Translations under genes and position numbers: made by a program
In this document: positions 63,736 to 64,000 of the stretch, piece after piece
Numbering within the stretch: the stretch's first letter is position 1
Layout: each line of letters begins with the position of its first letter
Source of the DNA: Solirubrobacteraceae bacterium
GTDB lineage: Bacteria; Actinomycetota; Thermoleophilia; Solirubrobacterales; Solirubrobacteraceae
Direction of reading: 5' to 3'
DNA: 64,000 nucleotides
Assembly (NCBI GenBank): GCA_035553395.1
Contig: DASZKP010000068.1
Location: 2,219-66,218, forward strand
Notes under the pieces: model-generated
What the model saw: only the letters and a program-made list of their open reading frames with translations
Databases searched by the model: none
What the model was told of the DNA's origin: nothing

Positions 63736-63840
63736 GTGCTCGGCGACCGGCCGATCCGCGTGTGGTCAGGCGACCGGCTGCGTGCGCTCGGCGACCGGCC
63801 GATCCGCCTGTGGTCAGGCGACCGGCTGGGTGCTCTCGGC
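63736..63840 (-). repeat. 46-48-nt tandem repeat (~2.2 copies) duplicating the last ~9 codons plus TGA of the minus-strand gene ending at 63814
   Basis: Minus-strand reading: GCCGAGAGCACCCAGCCGGTCGCCTGAccacaggcggatcggccg, then GTCGCCGAGCGCACGCAGCCGGTCGCCTGAccacacgcggatcggccg. Confidence 0.85.
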
Positions 63841-64000
63841 GATCGCCAGCATCTGCTGGTTGGTGAGCGAGTCGAGCAGCGTGTTGTTGACCCAGTAGAC
63901 CGCCTTGCTCGACCGCCACGAGACCAGCCGGAGGTGGCTGCCGTCGACGTAGAGCGAATAGCTCCGCCCGGCGATCTTCCTCGTCTGGTGCGGGCCGGCG
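63814..64000 (-). CDS. partial CDS (C-terminal 61 codons; start outside the window), function unknown
   Basis: My own minus-strand translation reads ...GPHQTRKIAGRSYSLYVDGSHLRLVSWRSSKAVYWVNNTLLDSLTNQQMLAIAESTQPVA-stop, which looks like real protein sequence. It is absent from the ORF track because no start lies in the window. Confidence 0.5.
   Translation of the reverse strand, partial: AGPHQTRKIAGRSYSLYVDGSHLRLVSWRSSKAVYWVNNTLLDSLTNQQMLAIAESTQPVA

Noticed and set aside
526-63919. Hundreds of long ORFs overlapping or antisense to the genes called here (for example 16849..19749 minus, 966 aa; 7814..9598 plus; 53786..55696 minus; 53326..55290 plus).
   Set aside because: Their translations are Arg/Pro/Gly/Ala-rich low-complexity strings typical of off-frame reading in very GC-rich DNA, where stop codons are rare. 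Each overlaps a gene with clear family motifs in another frame.

Overview
This is a very GC-rich chromosomal segment of Actinobacteria type (it carries an F420/deazaflavin-type oxidoreductase and a high-GC gene order). It consists almost entirely of conserved housekeeping operons. In order: priA-def-fmt-rsmB-rpe; a small ArsR/DUF899/USP stress block; an envelope glycosylation cluster (Wzx-like flippase, methyltransferase, GT2, two GT-C enzymes) translationally coupled to ribD-ribE-ribBA-ribH; rpmB-yloV; a response-regulator/GGDEF gene; recG-rsmD-coaD. An ~8.4 kb accessory insert follows (coiled-coil protein, cupin, deazaflavin oxidoreductase, TetR, SDR, P-II, DUF2130-like coiled-coil nuclease, acyl-CoA ligase, L,D-transpeptidase). 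Then come yceD, a desaturase, rpmF-plsX-acpP-rnc-smc-ftsY; a nitrobindin-like hypothetical with nfeD, an SPFH gene and an O-methyltransferase; ffh, rpsP, a KH-domain gene, rimM-trmD-rplS-lepB-rnhB; an inverted yraN; comM; a beta-propeller lipoprotein; thiD; two hypotheticals; ilvD; a FliA/WhiG-type sigma factor; an EF-G paralog; two hypotheticals; RNase HI. I found no rRNA, tRNA, CRISPR array, transposase or integrase. No complete, recognisable novel multi-gene system stands out. The most unusual signals are structural. (1) Tandem duplications sit at gene 3' ends and contain the stop codon, and other tandem arrays start right after stop codons at many operon ends. (2) A 32-nt hairpin element occurs twice, in opposite orientations, in convergent intergenic regions. 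(3) fmt and rnc lack any ATG/GTG/TTG start upstream of their essential N-terminal motifs. (4) A TAnnnT box lies 6-10 nt before many start codons, the geometry expected for leaderless mRNAs. (5) There are G-tract and C-tract arrays. (6) A perfect CRP-type palindrome sits at an uncharacterised gene. (7) A DUF2130-like PD-(D/E)xK coiled-coil protein lies beside a stand-alone P-II gene. All functional calls come from reading the translations by eye; no database search was run.
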